Part shown: positions 12,527 through 25,197 of the stretch, in pieces
How positions within the stretch are numbered: position 1 is the stretch's first letter
How the letters are laid out: each line of letters starts with the position of its first letter
DNA from: Mobula birostris
Lineage: Eukaryota
Length of the DNA stretch: 64,000 nucleotides
NCBI RefSeq assembly: GCF_030028105.1
Contig: NC_092398.1
Span: forward strand, 11,654,600 to 11,718,599
Direction: 5' to 3'
Program-made: the position numbers and the translations under genes
Notes under the pieces: model-generated
The model's input: the letters and a program-made list of their open reading frames with translations, nothing else
What the model was told of the DNA's origin: nothing
Databases searched by the model: none

Positions 12527-12625
12527 CTGGAAGCTGTTGCTTATCTGCATCAAAATGGAATTGTTCATCGTGATCTCAAACCCGAAAACCTCCTCTAGGC
12601 GTCTCCAGCTCCAGATGCATTATTA
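12527..12625 (+). pseudogene. Isolated CAMK4-like protein kinase fragment (catalytic loop)
   Basis: Translates [32 protein letters not shown] with an in-frame TAG at 12596; HRDLKPEN catalytic loop followed by the CaMK4-type PAPDA segment. Confidence 0.85.
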
Positions 12626-13013
12626 GTCATAGTCATGGTCATACTTTATTGATCCCGGGGGAAATTGGTTTTCGTTACAGTTGCACCATAAATAATTAAA
12701 TAGTAATATGTAAATTATGCCAGGAAATAAGTCCAGGACCAGCCTTCTGGCTCAGGGTGCCTGACCCTCCAAGGGAGGAGTTGTAAAGTTTGATGGCCAC
12801 AGGCAGGAATGACTTCCTATGATGCTCTGTGCTGCATCTCGGAGGAATGAGCCTCTGGCTGAATGTACTCCTGTGCCCACCCAGTACATTATGTAGTGGA
12901 TGGGAGACATTGACCAAGATGGCATGCAACTTAGACAGCATCCTCTTTTCAGACACCACTGTGAGAGAGGCCAGTTCCATCCCCACAACATTACTGGCCT
13001 TACGAATGAGTTT
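12626..13013 (-). mobile_element. Rex1/Babar LINE 3' end
   Basis: KLIRKASNVVG...SHPLH...RKSFLPVAIKLYN; AATAAA and (ACTATG)n tail; cut off by the Penelope insertion. Confidence 0.8.
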
Positions 13014-13117
13014 AAACGCAAACAACAGGAATTCTGCAGATGCTGGAAATTCAAGCAACACACATCAAAGTTGCTGGTGAACGCAGCAGGCCAGGCAGCA
13101 TCTCTAGGAAGAGGTGC

Positions 13118-13153
13118 AGTCGACGTTTCAGGCCGAGACCCTTCGTCAGGACT
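13118..13153 (-). ncRNA. Minimal type I hammerhead ribozyme in the Penelope terminal repeat
   Basis: AGTC CTGACGA AGG GTCTCGG CCT GAAA CG TC GACT: helix I, CUGANGA, helix II, GAAA, palindromic ACGT, GUC cleavage triplet. Confidence 0.85.
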
Positions 13154-16100
13154 AACTGAAGGAAGAGTGAGTAAGAGATTTGAAAGTTGGAGGGGGAGGG
13201 GAAGATCCAAAATGATAGGAGAAGACAGGAGGGGGAGGGATGGAGCCAAGAGCTGGACAGGTGATTGGCAAAAGGGGATACTAGAGGATCATGGGACAGG
13301 AGGTCTGGGAAGAAAGACAAGGGGGCGGGACCCAGAGGATGGGCAAGAGGTATATTCAGAGGGACAGAGGGAGAAAAAGGAGAGTGAGAGAAAGAATGTG
13401 TGTATAAAAATAAGTAACAGATGGGGTACAAGGGGGAGGTGGGGCCTAGCGGAAGTTAGAGAAGTCGATGTTCATGCCATCGGGTTGGAGGCTACCCAGA
13501 GGGAATATAAGGTGTTGTTCCTCCAACCTGAGTGTGGCTTCATCTTTACAGTAGAGGAGGCCGTGGATAGACATGTCAGAATGGGAATGGGATGTGGAAT
13601 TAAGATGTGTGGCCACTGGGAGATCCTGCTTTCTCTGGCGGACAGAGCGTAGATGTTCAGCAAAGCGGTCTCCCAGTCTGCGTCGGGTCTCGCCAATATA
13701 TAAAAGGCCACATCGGGAGCACCGGACGCAGTATATCACCCTAATCGACTCACAGGTGAAGTGTTGCCTCACCTGGAAGGACTGTTTGGGACCCTGAATG
13801 GTGGTAAGGGAGGAAGTGTAAGGGCATGTGTAGCACTTGTTCCGCTTACACGGATAAGTGCCAGGAGGGAGATCAGTGGGGAGGGATGGGGGGGACGAAT
13901 GGACAAGGGAGTTGTGTAGGGAGCGATCCCTGTGGAATGCAGGGGGGGGGGAGGGAAAGATGTGCTTAGTGGTGGGATCCCGTTGGAGGTGGCGGAAGTT
14001 ACGGAGAATAATATGTTGGACCCGGAGGCTGGTGGGGTGGTAGGTGAGGACCAGGGGAACCCTATTCGTAGTGGGGTGGCGGGAGGATGGAGTGAGAGCA
14101 GATGAACATGAAATGGGGGAGATGCGTTTAAGAGCAGAGTTGATAGTGGAGGAAGGGAAGCCCCTTTCTTTAAAAAATGAAGACATCTCCCTCGTCCTAG
14201 AATGAAAAGCCTCATCCTGAGAGCAGATGCGGCGGAGACGGAGGAATTGCGAGAAGGGGATGGCGTTTTTGCAAGAGACAGGGTGAGAAGAGGAATAGTC
14301 CAGATAGCTGTGAGAGTCAGTAGGCTTATAGTAGACATCAGTGGATAAGCTGTCTCCAGAGACAGAGACAGAAAGATCTAGAAAGGGGAGGGAGGTGTTG
14401 GAAATGGACCAGGTAAACTTGAGGGCAGGGTGAAAGTTGGAGGCAAAGTTAATAAAGTCAACGAGTTCTGCGTGCGTGCAGGAAGCAGCGCCAATGCAGT
14501 CGTCGATGTAGCGAAGGAAAAGTGGGGGACAGATACCAGAATAGGCACGGAACATAGATTGTTCCACAAACCCAACAAAAAGGCAGGCATAGCTAGGACC
14601 CATACGGGTGCCCATAGCTACACCTTTAGTTTGGAGGAAGTGGGAGGAGCCAAAGGAGAAATTATTAAGAGTAAGGACTAATTCCGCTAGACCGAGCAGA
14701 GTGGTGGTAGAGGGGAACTGATTAGGTTTGGAATCCAAAAAGAAGCGTAGAGCTTTGAGACCTTCCTGATGGGGGATGGAAGTATATAAGGACTGGACAT
14801 CCATGGTGAAAATAAAGCGGTGAGGGCCAGGGAACTTAAAATCATCGAAAAGTTTAAGAGTGTGAGAAGTGTCACGGACATAGGTCGGAAGGGATTGAAC
14901 AAGGGGTGATAAAACAGTGTCGAGGTATGCAGAAATGAGTTCGGTGGGGCAGGAGCAAGCTGAGACAATAGGTCAGCCAGGACAGGCAGGTTTATGGATC
15001 TTGGGTAGGAGGTAAAAACGGGAAGTGCGGGGTGTGGGAACTATAAGGTTGGCAGCAGTGGATGGGAGATCCCCTGAGTGGATAAGGTCGGTGATGGTGT
15101 GGGAGACAATGGCCTGGTGCTCCTTAGTGGGGTCACGATTGAGGGGTAAATAAGAGGAGGTATCTGCGAGTTGTCGCTGTGCCTCAGCAAGGTAGAGGTC
15201 AGTACGCCAGACTACAACAGCACCCCCCTTATCGGCGGGTTTAATAATAAAGTTAGGATTAGTGCGGAGGGAGTGGAGAGCAGAGCGTTCGGAAGGAGTG
15301 AGGTTGGAATGGGGACAAGGTGCGGTGAAGTCAAGACGGTTGATGTCCCGTCGGCAATTAGCGATAAAGAGATCCAGAGCAGGCAGAAGACCAGAGCGGG
15401 GTGTCCATGAAGAAGAGGAGGGTTGAAGACGGGAGAAGGGGTCATCGGTGGGGGTGGAAGAGTCCTTGCCGAAGAAGTAGGCTCGGAGACGGAGACGGCG
15501 GAAGAAAAGTTCCGCATCATGGCGAACAGGGCCCTCGGAGGCTCCATCTTCCTCTCACCCCAACCCTCCCCTCTCCATTGACACCCCCAGCCTCCCCCCT
15601 CCCCCCTCTGATCGCAGCTCTCATCCTTGCCGGGTCTTTACCATCCCCTCCGACCTTCAACTGTCAGAGGCAGAACACTCGGTCCTCAGTAAGGGCCTCA
15701 CCTTTGTCCCCCTTCGCCCACACCTCAGCGAGTTCCGTGTTCGCCATTTCCGACACCTCCCTCCCCTTTCTAGATCTTTCTGTCTCTGTCTCTGGAGACA
15801 GCTTATCCACTGATGTCTACTATAAGCCTACTGACTCTCACAGCTATCTGGACTATTCCTCTTCTCACCCTGTCTCTTGCAAAAACGCCATCCCCTTCTC
15901 GCAATTCCTCCATCTCCGCCGCATCTGCTCTCAGGATGAGGCTTTTCATTCTAGGATGAGGGAGATGTCTTCATTTTTTAAAGAAAGGGGCTTCCCTTCC
16001 TCCACTATCAAATCTGCTCTTAAACGCATCTCCCCCATTTCACGTACATCTGCTCTCACTCCATCCTCCCGCCACCCCACTAGGAATAGGGTTCCCCTGG

Positions 16101-17006
16101 TCCTCACCTACCACCCCACCAGCCTCCGGGTCCAACATATTATTCTCCATAACTTCCGCCACCTCCAACGGGATCCCACCACTAAGCACATCTTTCCCTC
16201 CCCCCCTCTCTCTGCATTCCACAGGGATCGCTCCCTACACAACTCCCTTGTCCATTCGTCCCCCCCATCCCTCCCCACTGATCTCCCTCCTGGCACTTAT
16301 CCGTGTAAGCGGAACAAGTGCTACACATGCCCTTACACTTCCTCCCTTACCACCATTCAGGGCCCCAAACAGTCCTTCCAGGTGAGGCAACACTTCACCT
16401 GTGAGTCGACTGGGGTGATATACTGCGTCCGGTGCTCCCGATGTGGCCTTTTATATATTGGCGAGACCCGACGCAGACTGGGAGACCGCTTTGCTGAACA
16501 TCTACGCTCTGTCCGCCAGAGAAAGCAGGATCTCCCAGTGGCCACACATTTTAATTCCACATCCCATTCCCATTCTGACATGTCTATCCACGGCCTCCTC
16601 TACTGTAAAGATGAAGCCACACTCAGGTTGGAGGAACAACACCTTATATTCCCTCTGGGTAGCCTCCAACCTGATGGCATGAACATCGACTTCTCTAACT
16701 TCCACTAGGCCCCACCTCCCCCTCGTACCCCATCTGTTACTTATTTTTATGCACACATTCTTTCTCTCTCTCTCCTTTTTCTTCCTCTGTCCCTCTCACT
16801 ATACCCCTTGCCCATCCTCTGGGCTTTTCCCCCCTCCCCCTTTTCTTTCTCCCTTGGCCTCCTGTCCCATGACCCTCTCATATCCCTTTTGCCAATCACC
16901 TGTCCAGCTCTTGGCTCCATCCCTCCCCCTCCTGTCTTCTCCTATCATTTCGGATCTCCCCCTCCCCCTCCCACTTTCAAATCTCTTACTAACTCTTCCT
17001 TCAGTT

Positions 17007-17042
17007 AGTCCTGACGAAGGGTCTCGGCCCGAAACCTCGACT
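17007..17042 (+). ncRNA. Minimal hammerhead ribozyme, second Penelope arm (palindrome mutated)
   Basis: AGTC CTGACGA AGGGTCTCGGCCC GAAA CC TC GACT. Confidence 0.7.
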
Positions 17043-17711
17043 GTATCTCTTCCTAGAGATGCTGCCTGGCCTGCTGCGTTCACCAGCAACTGTGATGTGT
17101 GTGACTTATATAAATGCTGCCTTTATAGAGTATAAGGGGTATAAATACTGTGAATGCATGAAATCATTTTCCCCTCAGGTTGGTTGAGACTAGAACTACA
17201 GATCATAGGTTTAGAAGGAAAAGTAAAATATTTAAGAGACATCTGGGGTTGGGGAGGGGAGTCTTCTTCACTCAGAGGGTGGTATGAGTGTGGGATGAGC
17301 AGCCAGCAGGAATAGTAGATACATGTTTAATTGTAACACTTAAGAGAATTTCACATAGCCTGTTTCTGTGCTGTAGTTTTTCTATGGTTTCTATGTGTGC
17401 AGGTCAGTGGGACTAGGCAGAAAATGGTTCGGCACAGCCAGGAAGGGCCAAAAGGCCTGTTTCTGTGCTGTAGTTTTTCTATGGTTTCCAAAATCCTGCA
17501 ACCCTTAAGTGGCTTCTTCATCCCATATATATCTCAAAGTTCAAAGTAAATTTAATATCAAAATGCATATATGTTACCTTGAAATTCATTTTCTTACAGG
17601 TATTTTCTCACAGGGGAAAATAAATACAATAGAATTTTATTTTAAGCTATACTTAAACGAAAGTCGATGAATACCAATACGTAAAAAAAAGATAGCGTAA
17701 ATATATATATA

Positions 17712-20082
17712 TTTTAAATATTTTATTTATGATTTTCTACAAAGTACAGCATAGAAGAAAAAAATCAATGGTATAAATAGGATCATTGCAATACAGACAA
17801 AAATAACAATAATACATACCTTAACAAATGAGCAAGTCACCCATGTTAAAAATGAAAAAATAAAAAGGAAAGCACCCAACCCATCCACTATCCAACTCCA
17901 AGCCAACTTATATTATAAGTATACATATTTGAAAGGACATTTGAGATAAACTTTTATCACCCCAGAGCTATACATTGTAGTAAAAAAATGAACAATAATA
18001 ATAATTTAAAAAACAGCCTGCTAGCTAATCAAAGAAAGCTGGAAATGCCGGATCTGACAATCAAGGGAAGAAAAAAAATACACCTGTCAATCTGGATGAG
18101 AATTATGAAAATATTCAAGGAAAGGTCCCCACACCTTATGGAACTTTATGTCCGAATTAAAAAGTGAATACTAAATCTTTTCAAGATCTAAACAAGACAT
18201 AATATCCCTAAGCCATTGAACATTGGGTGGGGGGAACTTCATCTCTCCACTTAAGGAGTACTGCACGTCTAGCTAAAAGAGAGGCAAAAGACAATGTTCG
18301 TTGTTTAGCTGGGATCAAATGCTTGTCAGAGTCTCGAGAAATACTGAAAAGAGCCATCAAAGGATCAGGTTCCAAATGACTATTTAATATAGAAGATAAA
18401 GTTAAAAAAAATCTTTCCAAAATTCTTCCAAAGAAGGACAAGCCCAATACATATGAACAAGGGAAGCCCCACCTCCTTTGCACTTGTCACACCAGGGACT
18501 AATATCAGGATAAAACTTCGCCAGTTTGGTTTTAGACATATGAGCCCTGTGGTCAACTTTAAACTGCAAAATACAATGACAAGCACATAAAGAAGTTGAA
18601 TTGACTGACTTAAGAATTGAATCCCAAACCTCATCGGACAAAGAAAACCAAAGTCATGCTCCCAAGCAGTTTTAATTTTATCACAAGGGGCTCATCTGAG
18701 ATTCATAAATTTGACATGAATAGTAGAAATTAAACCTTTAACCAAGGGGTTCATTTGAAGAAACAAGACTACAACATTTTTATCAGGTTGTTCAGGAAAA
18801 TGTGGTATTAAAGGGCTAATGAAATGTTGAATTTGAAGATATCTAAAAAATGAGTATTCAGTAAATTAAACTTTGTAGACAACCGTTCAAAAGTCACAAA
18901 CCGATTTATAAAAAGATCTTCAAAACGCCTGATACCTCTCCTACACCAGTCTTGGAATGTGGAATCCTGCATAGAAGGTTGAAATAAATGATTGTATGGA
19001 ATAGGACTAGAAAGGGAAAAACTATAAAGGCCATGATATTTTCTAAATTGAGCCCATATTCTCAGAGTATGCCTGATTACAGGATTAATAATAAATTTTG
19101 GCGGGTGGCAAAGAAGTGTAAATCCAAGTAAAGCTGGAATAGATAATTTCTTATAAGCATTCAATTCCATTGCCACCCATGTTGGACAAACAGACTGATT
19201 ATAAAAGTAGGACCAAAAGATAATATTGCGAATATTGGCTGCCCAATAATATGAAAGAAAATTAGGCAATGCCAAGCCACCTTCTCTTTTAGGCTTTTGA
19301 AGATGAGCTTTATTAAGTCTGGACTGTTCACTCTTCCACAGGTATGACGAGATAATAGAATCTAAAGAATCAAAAAAAACTTTAGGAATAAGTACAGGTA
19401 AAGATTGAAATAAGTATAAAAATTTAGGAAGAATATACATTTTAATTACATTAATTTGCCCAATTAAAGACATAGATAAAGGTGAACACTGTGCTAGATT
19501 CTGTTTTGTAAAATTTAAAAGATTATTGAAATTCTCATCAAAAAGGCGATTATAATTCCTTGTTACTATAATACCAAGATAAGTAAAACAATTGTTTACT
19601 ACTTTAAAAGGGACATTTTGGAATTCTAATGCTTGTGCTTCTTTATTTGTCGGAAAAGGTTCACTCTTATATAGATTAAGTTTGTATCCAGATAACTGAC
19701 TAAATTTATTAAGAAGTGAAAACATCAAAGGTAAGGTGGTCAGATTTGATATAAAAAGTAATAAATCATCGGCATATAGAGAGACTTTATGCTCAAGACC
19801 GCCCCTCCAAATCCCAGTCAGTTCAGTACAACTGCGAAACGCAATTGCCAATGGCTCGATAGCCAGATCAAATAGCAGAGGACTGAAAGGGCATCCTTGC
19901 CAGGTGCCACGTTTTAAGGTCAAACGGTTGGGATTGCTGAGAATTAGTTAAAACTGATGCAATTGAATGAGAATATAGTATCTTAATCCACTTAATAAAA
20001 TTATGTCCAAAATCAAATCTTCCTAAAACCGCAAATAAGTAGTGCCACTCCACCCGGTCAAATGCCTTTTCTGCATCGAGAA
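17712..20082 (-). mobile_element. 5'-truncated L1-clade LINE (RT to 3' end)
   Basis: [21 protein letters not shown] and CDKC...HMYWAC across frameshifted ORFs; A-rich tail; boundaries approximate. Confidence 0.9.
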
Positions 20083-20240
20083 ATAAGTATATATTTTTTA
20101 AAAACTGATGACTTGAATTGTAAAGAGTCCTCGAAAGTGAGCCTGTAGATGGTAGAGTCAGTGGTGAGTGGCATTATCCATGCTGGTCTAGAGAGTCAAA
20201 CCAAAACAGTATTTTACAAGCTGGAAGAATATATCTAGAG

Positions 20241-20320
20241 CAGAGGTTCCCAACCTTTTTATGCCATGGACCCTTACCATTACCCAAAGGGGTCCAAGGA
20301 CCTCAGGTTGGGAACTCCTG
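20241..20320. mobile_element. 80-bp hAT (Charlie-type) MITE
   Basis: TIR cagaggttcccaacc/ggttgggaactcctg; 8-bp TSD atctagag/atctagtg. Confidence 0.85.
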
Positions 20321-21516
20321 ATCTAGTGGAACACCCCAGATAACACAGAACATAGAACAGTACAGCACAGGAACAACCACTTAGCCCACAATGTTGTGCT
20401 GAACCAACTAAAAAGCAAATCCAAAACACTCAAACACTAATCCCTCCTACCTACACCATGTCCCTATCCTTCTATCTTCCTTACATCTATGTGCCCATCC
20501 AAACATCTCTTAAAAGCCTCTGATGTGTTTGCCTCTACCACCATACAAGGCAGCACATTCCAGGAATTCACAACCCCTCACATCCCCTCTGAACGTACCC
20601 CTCCTCACCTTTAATATTAATAACCTGGAGGATGGAGCAGTTTGTAAGGTAAGTTTGCTAATGAGATGAGTATAGGTGGGAGGACATGTTGTGATGAGGT
20701 TACTTGCTCTCTGCAAGAGGATGCCCTCTCACCTAATGCCCCCAGGTTACGGACTCTCCATCTTGGGGGGAGTCCATTTACCATGTTATGCCATTTGCCA
20801 AGCTATTGCTCTCACACTCAGCCTATGGCAAAAGGAGTTTAATATGGCAAAGTGTGAGATAATGCACTTCAGTAAGAGGAATCTTAAGGTAAACTATTAT
20901 CTGCATGTTCAATGTGTTCGCAATGTGTTCATGTTCGAGCTGTAGACGGAGATGGAATTCGTATCGCTGCTGGAGATGGAGTGAACGATTTGGTGAGGAG
21001 TTGATGCGGAAGAGTTTTGATGCCTGTCCACCTAACCCAGGTGCGAGGCTGGTTCGCTCCAAGCACCAAACTGATTTGGTGAGATTGAGAATGGTTTCAG
21101 GCTGGGTGGCCCAAGTGTATCAGGGCACCAGGGTCCAGGTCCGAGAACATGGCACTGCTCAATGCTTGAACAATTTAAATGCTGGCACAGATAGACTGGA
21201 AGCCTAATTGTCAGGTACGGAAGTGAGGGTTGGACTGATTTTGTTCGCTCTCCCACAAATGGTCATTCCTTTCTCCACAGCACCGAGGCTGTGAATTGAT
21301 CCAGCTGCTCTGCATTTCTGCCTCACTAGTGTGAAAACTGGGAACTGAGACTTGGCTTAGGCCTCCTCTGGCTGCTCCGAGAACAGATCTTCGACTCAGA
21401 CTGATTTGGGATGCGGTTGGCTTGCTCTATTGTTTGCATGATATGGATTTTTTTTTTTGCTCTCTTTCTCTGCACAGTGGTTTTTTGTCTTTTTTAAAAT
21501 TGGGTTATTCAATTTC

Positions 21517-21826
21517 TGATCAACGACCTCACCTCACTCCTCCCGGGTATTACTACAGCTACCAGAAAAAATTAGACAGCTACAAATAGACTTAGAATTC
21601 GGCGTGCCAAAACAGCACAAACACTACACTGATGGGGTGCCCAACAAATCCCAGCTTGGCCCTGTGGTGCCCCTACCCAGGACATCCTCCTCCTGGTCCA
21701 AACATGCCCTCTCACCAAGATCCAAGACAGCTTTGCCGCGGTCCATTAATTGGGTCACAAGTTGGAGGAGTGATTTGACAAAAACTAATTAGAAGAGAAA
21801 AGCACCTGCCATACGAAACAACAACG
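21517..21826 (+). mobile_element. Ingi/Vingi-like LINE 3' fragment
   Basis: NRLRIRRAKTAQTLH*WGAQQIPAWPCGAPTQDILLLVQTCP (decayed CCHC knuckle) and tail gccatacgaaacaacaac. Confidence 0.7.
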
Positions 21827-23129
21827 TCATTGGAGTTTCTTGCTTTGCGGCTGCCTGTAAGCAGACAAATTTCAAGGTGTATAGTTTATACATTCTTTGA
21901 TAATAAATATGTTTTGCATCTTTGAAATAGAAAAAGATTACACATGGATAGGCTTTTTCCATTGAGAGTGGGGGAGATTCAAACAAGAGGACATGAATTG
22001 AGAGTTAAAGGGCAAAAGTTTAGCGGTAACATGAGGGGGAACTTCTTTACTCAGAGAGTGGTAACTGTGTGGAACGAGCTTCCAGCAGAAGTGGTTGAGG
22101 CAGGTTCGATGTTGTTGTTTAAAGTTAAATTGGACAGCTATATGGACAGGAAAGGAATGGAGGGTTATGGGCTGAGTGCGGGTCAGTGAGACTAGGTGAG
22201 AGTAAGAGTTCAGCATGGACTAGAAGGGCCGAGATGGCCTGTTTCCGTGCTGTAATTATTATATGGTTATAAGCAAAATGCAATGGGATCTGGGTGTCTT
22301 TGTGCATGAAGCACAAGAAGTTAGCAAGCAGGTGCAGCAAGTAGTTAAGAAGGCAAATGAAGGATTGGAAATTAGAAATAGAGAACTACTGTAACAATTA
22401 TGTAGGGTACTGGTGAGGCCACACCTTAAGCATTCTGCATGATTTTGGTTCCTATTTAGGAAAGGATATACTGGCATTAGAAACAGTCCAGATGAGATTC
22501 ACTTTGGTTAATACCTGGGACAACTATCCTGAGAGGCTGAATAAATTAGATCTATATTCTTCGGCGTTTAGAAGATTGAAAAGTGATTTTGGAGGGATAT
22601 AAGATCATGGGGGAGTGTAACAAAGCAGGCATTGAGGTGTTTCTACTAGTGAGAGAATTATGAACAAGGGGACAAATTTACAGGATTTAATTTTGCACAG
22701 ATACTGCCTGATCATTTGAGTGCTTCCAGCATTTTCTGTTTTTATTTCAGATTTCTGGTATCTGCTGTTTTCCATTTTCTCCCTTGCATCTTTAAGAGCA
22801 TATACATGTTGATTATTCTAGATGTAAATATCTTATGCCCTTAAGATGCCTTGTTTCTCTGATCTCAGATTTCATATTCTTCTCCTTAAAAACATGGTCT
22901 CCTAAATTACAATGTCTATATCATCACCAGCTCCCATGAAATCAGTTGCCAATTTTTTTTTTCCAAAAGTTACAAATTTGGACTGTAACACAGCAGTGGA
23001 CAATATACAATGAATGAAAGAGACAAAAGAACTAAATGCGGCAAGGAATTTTTTTTACACAGAGTGGTCCAATTCTAGAATTCTTCCATAGGTAGTATTG
23101 AAGACAGCTTCAATTCAATACTCCAGGAG

Positions 23130-23648
23130 CACATGGAAGATGTGCACCTTTGGAGTGCGGCCCCGCGGATGACCCAATTCCTCACCGGTGTTACTGACTT
23201 AAGTGTCGCAGGAGATTGAAGTATTGAGACAGCCGGCGCAGCTGTCAAAATAAGCAAAGCTGCAGATTGTAACATTGAAACAGCGAGCTGTTGGCCTCCC
23301 CTCTCGCCAGGCAGGAGCGATAGCTCTCTCTCCCTCGTTAGTGAGAGAGAAAGCCAGTGGGATGTCAATGCGTTGGGATGGACAGGGTTTTTTTGATAGA
23401 CTCTCGGGGCTTTGCTATTGCTTGTATAGTGGGTGGGGGGGAGTGATGATTTTGCTGAAGCAAGTTGAGGGGGCTGATGCTTTTGCTGCTGCTTGTGTGT
23501 GGGAGTGGAGGGGGAGGGCTTTGGGGTTCCAACAGTTTCCTGTCTTTCATTCTTTGGGTTTTTCTTCTGTTTCGTGGATGTCTGTGAAGAGCAAGAATTT
23601 CAGGTTGTATACTGTTACATTCTCTGATATTAAATTGAACTGTTGAAA
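23130..23648 (+). mobile_element. Non-coding interspersed repeat; inverse copy at ~32520-33150
   Basis: Shared tttcattctttggg...tttcgtgga..tctgtgaagag.aagaatttcagg...ctctgatattaaa 3' end. Confidence 0.65.
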
Positions 23649-25197
23649 CTTTGTAGCATTCTATAGGAAGCTGGATAGGTATCTGAAATTAGAGAATTTG
23701 CAAGACTGGGGATGGGAGAGGGGCATGGGATTGGCATTGTGGTGGTATGGATTTGATGGGACAAACACCATAATTTTGTACTTGAGATAGCCCTATGAGA
23801 GACCAATACAGAGAATGGGGGTAAAGGATTGTGGCTGTCCTCCCACATCACAAGGATGTGCTAGTTGGCCTAATATGCACATGAGTGGTAGAATCTGGGG
23901 AGAATTGGTGGTAATGTGAAAAGAAATTTCAAGGCAGTTCACAAGGCAGGAAATGGATACTGATAGTGGATGATCAGCCATGATCACAGTGAATGGCAGT
24001 GCTGGCTCAAAGGGCTGAATGGCCTACTCCTGCACCTATTGTCTATTGTCTAAATGGATCAGTGGAAGATTAATGTAAGTTATTGGCACAGACTCTGTGG
24101 GCCATCAGGTTTGTTGACAGTGTTGTTCAGTCAATGTACAGAGAAACGATAAATACTGACCAAAATATTTTAATACAATATTCATTAAACTTTGTTTCCA
24201 TATCAACACATTACATATCAGTTTAAAAAACAGATACAATAAAGAGAATCCAGGCAGTGTTGACCATAAAATATTTGGTAACTTTAGCACTTGACAATTA
24301 CTCCCAGATAATCAGGTTTTTGATCAAATAAATACAACTCTCTGCAATTCACTCATAATTAAAAATCTGAGCCACATCCAAGAGGCTGATATTTGACCAC
24401 TGAGCCAAAATGGTGAGAATAAATGGTCAAGTTTGGCAATTTGACAAAATCCCTTTGGTAATATCTGTTTTATCTCTCTGAGCCAAGGGTAGCATGGTAG
24501 TGGTTAGTGAAACACTATCATAGTATCACTTGTAAGATCAGAGTTCGATTCCTATCATTGCCTTTAAAGAGATTGTACTTTCTCTCTGTGATTGCGTAGG
24601 TTTTTTTTCCCACATTCCTAGTGATTTGTTGGCACCGGAATAATGGCAACATTTGCAGGCTGCCCAGCAGAATTCTCACTGATTTGATTTGATGCAAATG
24701 ATGCACTTAACTGTATGTTTCAACGTACATGTGACAAACAAAGCTAATCTTAATGTTGCCTCACTGGTCATACCCTTGTTTCACCACAATATTCTCAAGA
24801 GTCATCCTGGGCACAATGTGTTGGGTTGGCCTCCATTCTTTGTACACTGGGCAAGTATGATGGTGACAAACATGAATAAGTCATTATCAAATTATTCACA
24901 TCCAACCCAACAAATAATGTTCTGAAATATGAGTTTTAATAGCATTTTGAGAATTTCAATGATGTCACAAAGTTAGTTGTCTTCAGAAGTGCACTCAGGA
25001 AGATCATCTTTCGCACTGATTGACCATAACAATAGCTGTTTAATCCCTTCTTCATGGTCAATTTCACAATTATGCAGAAACAATGGTCAAAGAACTGTGT
25101 GAATAAGACTCAAATACATATATATTTTGAAATACAGCCATTATCCCTTTAAAGTCATGCATTAATCAATAATCCTCATATCTTAGTACATTTATAC

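Larger units (their letters stand above)
13014..17102. mobile_element. Penelope-like (Neptune-type) retroelement with inverted arrangement
   Basis: Minus-strand frame 13446-15527 (one premature TGA at 14973-14975) encodes RT (GVAMG, YIDD), a Cys-rich linker and GIY-YIG (VIYC...YIGET); inverted copy at 15744-17102 mirrors 13058-14407. Confidence 0.93.

Noticed and set aside
12900-13652. 250-aa ORF and similar ORFs overlapping the Penelope termini
   Set aside because: Antisense or low-complexity frames within repeats, with no domain signal.
15401-16708. 435-aa plus-strand ORF as a novel gene
   Set aside because: Chimeric read-through of the Penelope inversion junctions; only the C-terminal part is real RT-thumb/GIY-YIG sequence.
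17355-17490. Direct repeat resembling a CRISPR or regulatory array
   Set aside because: Duplicated CR1 3' tail with only two units, in a eukaryotic context.
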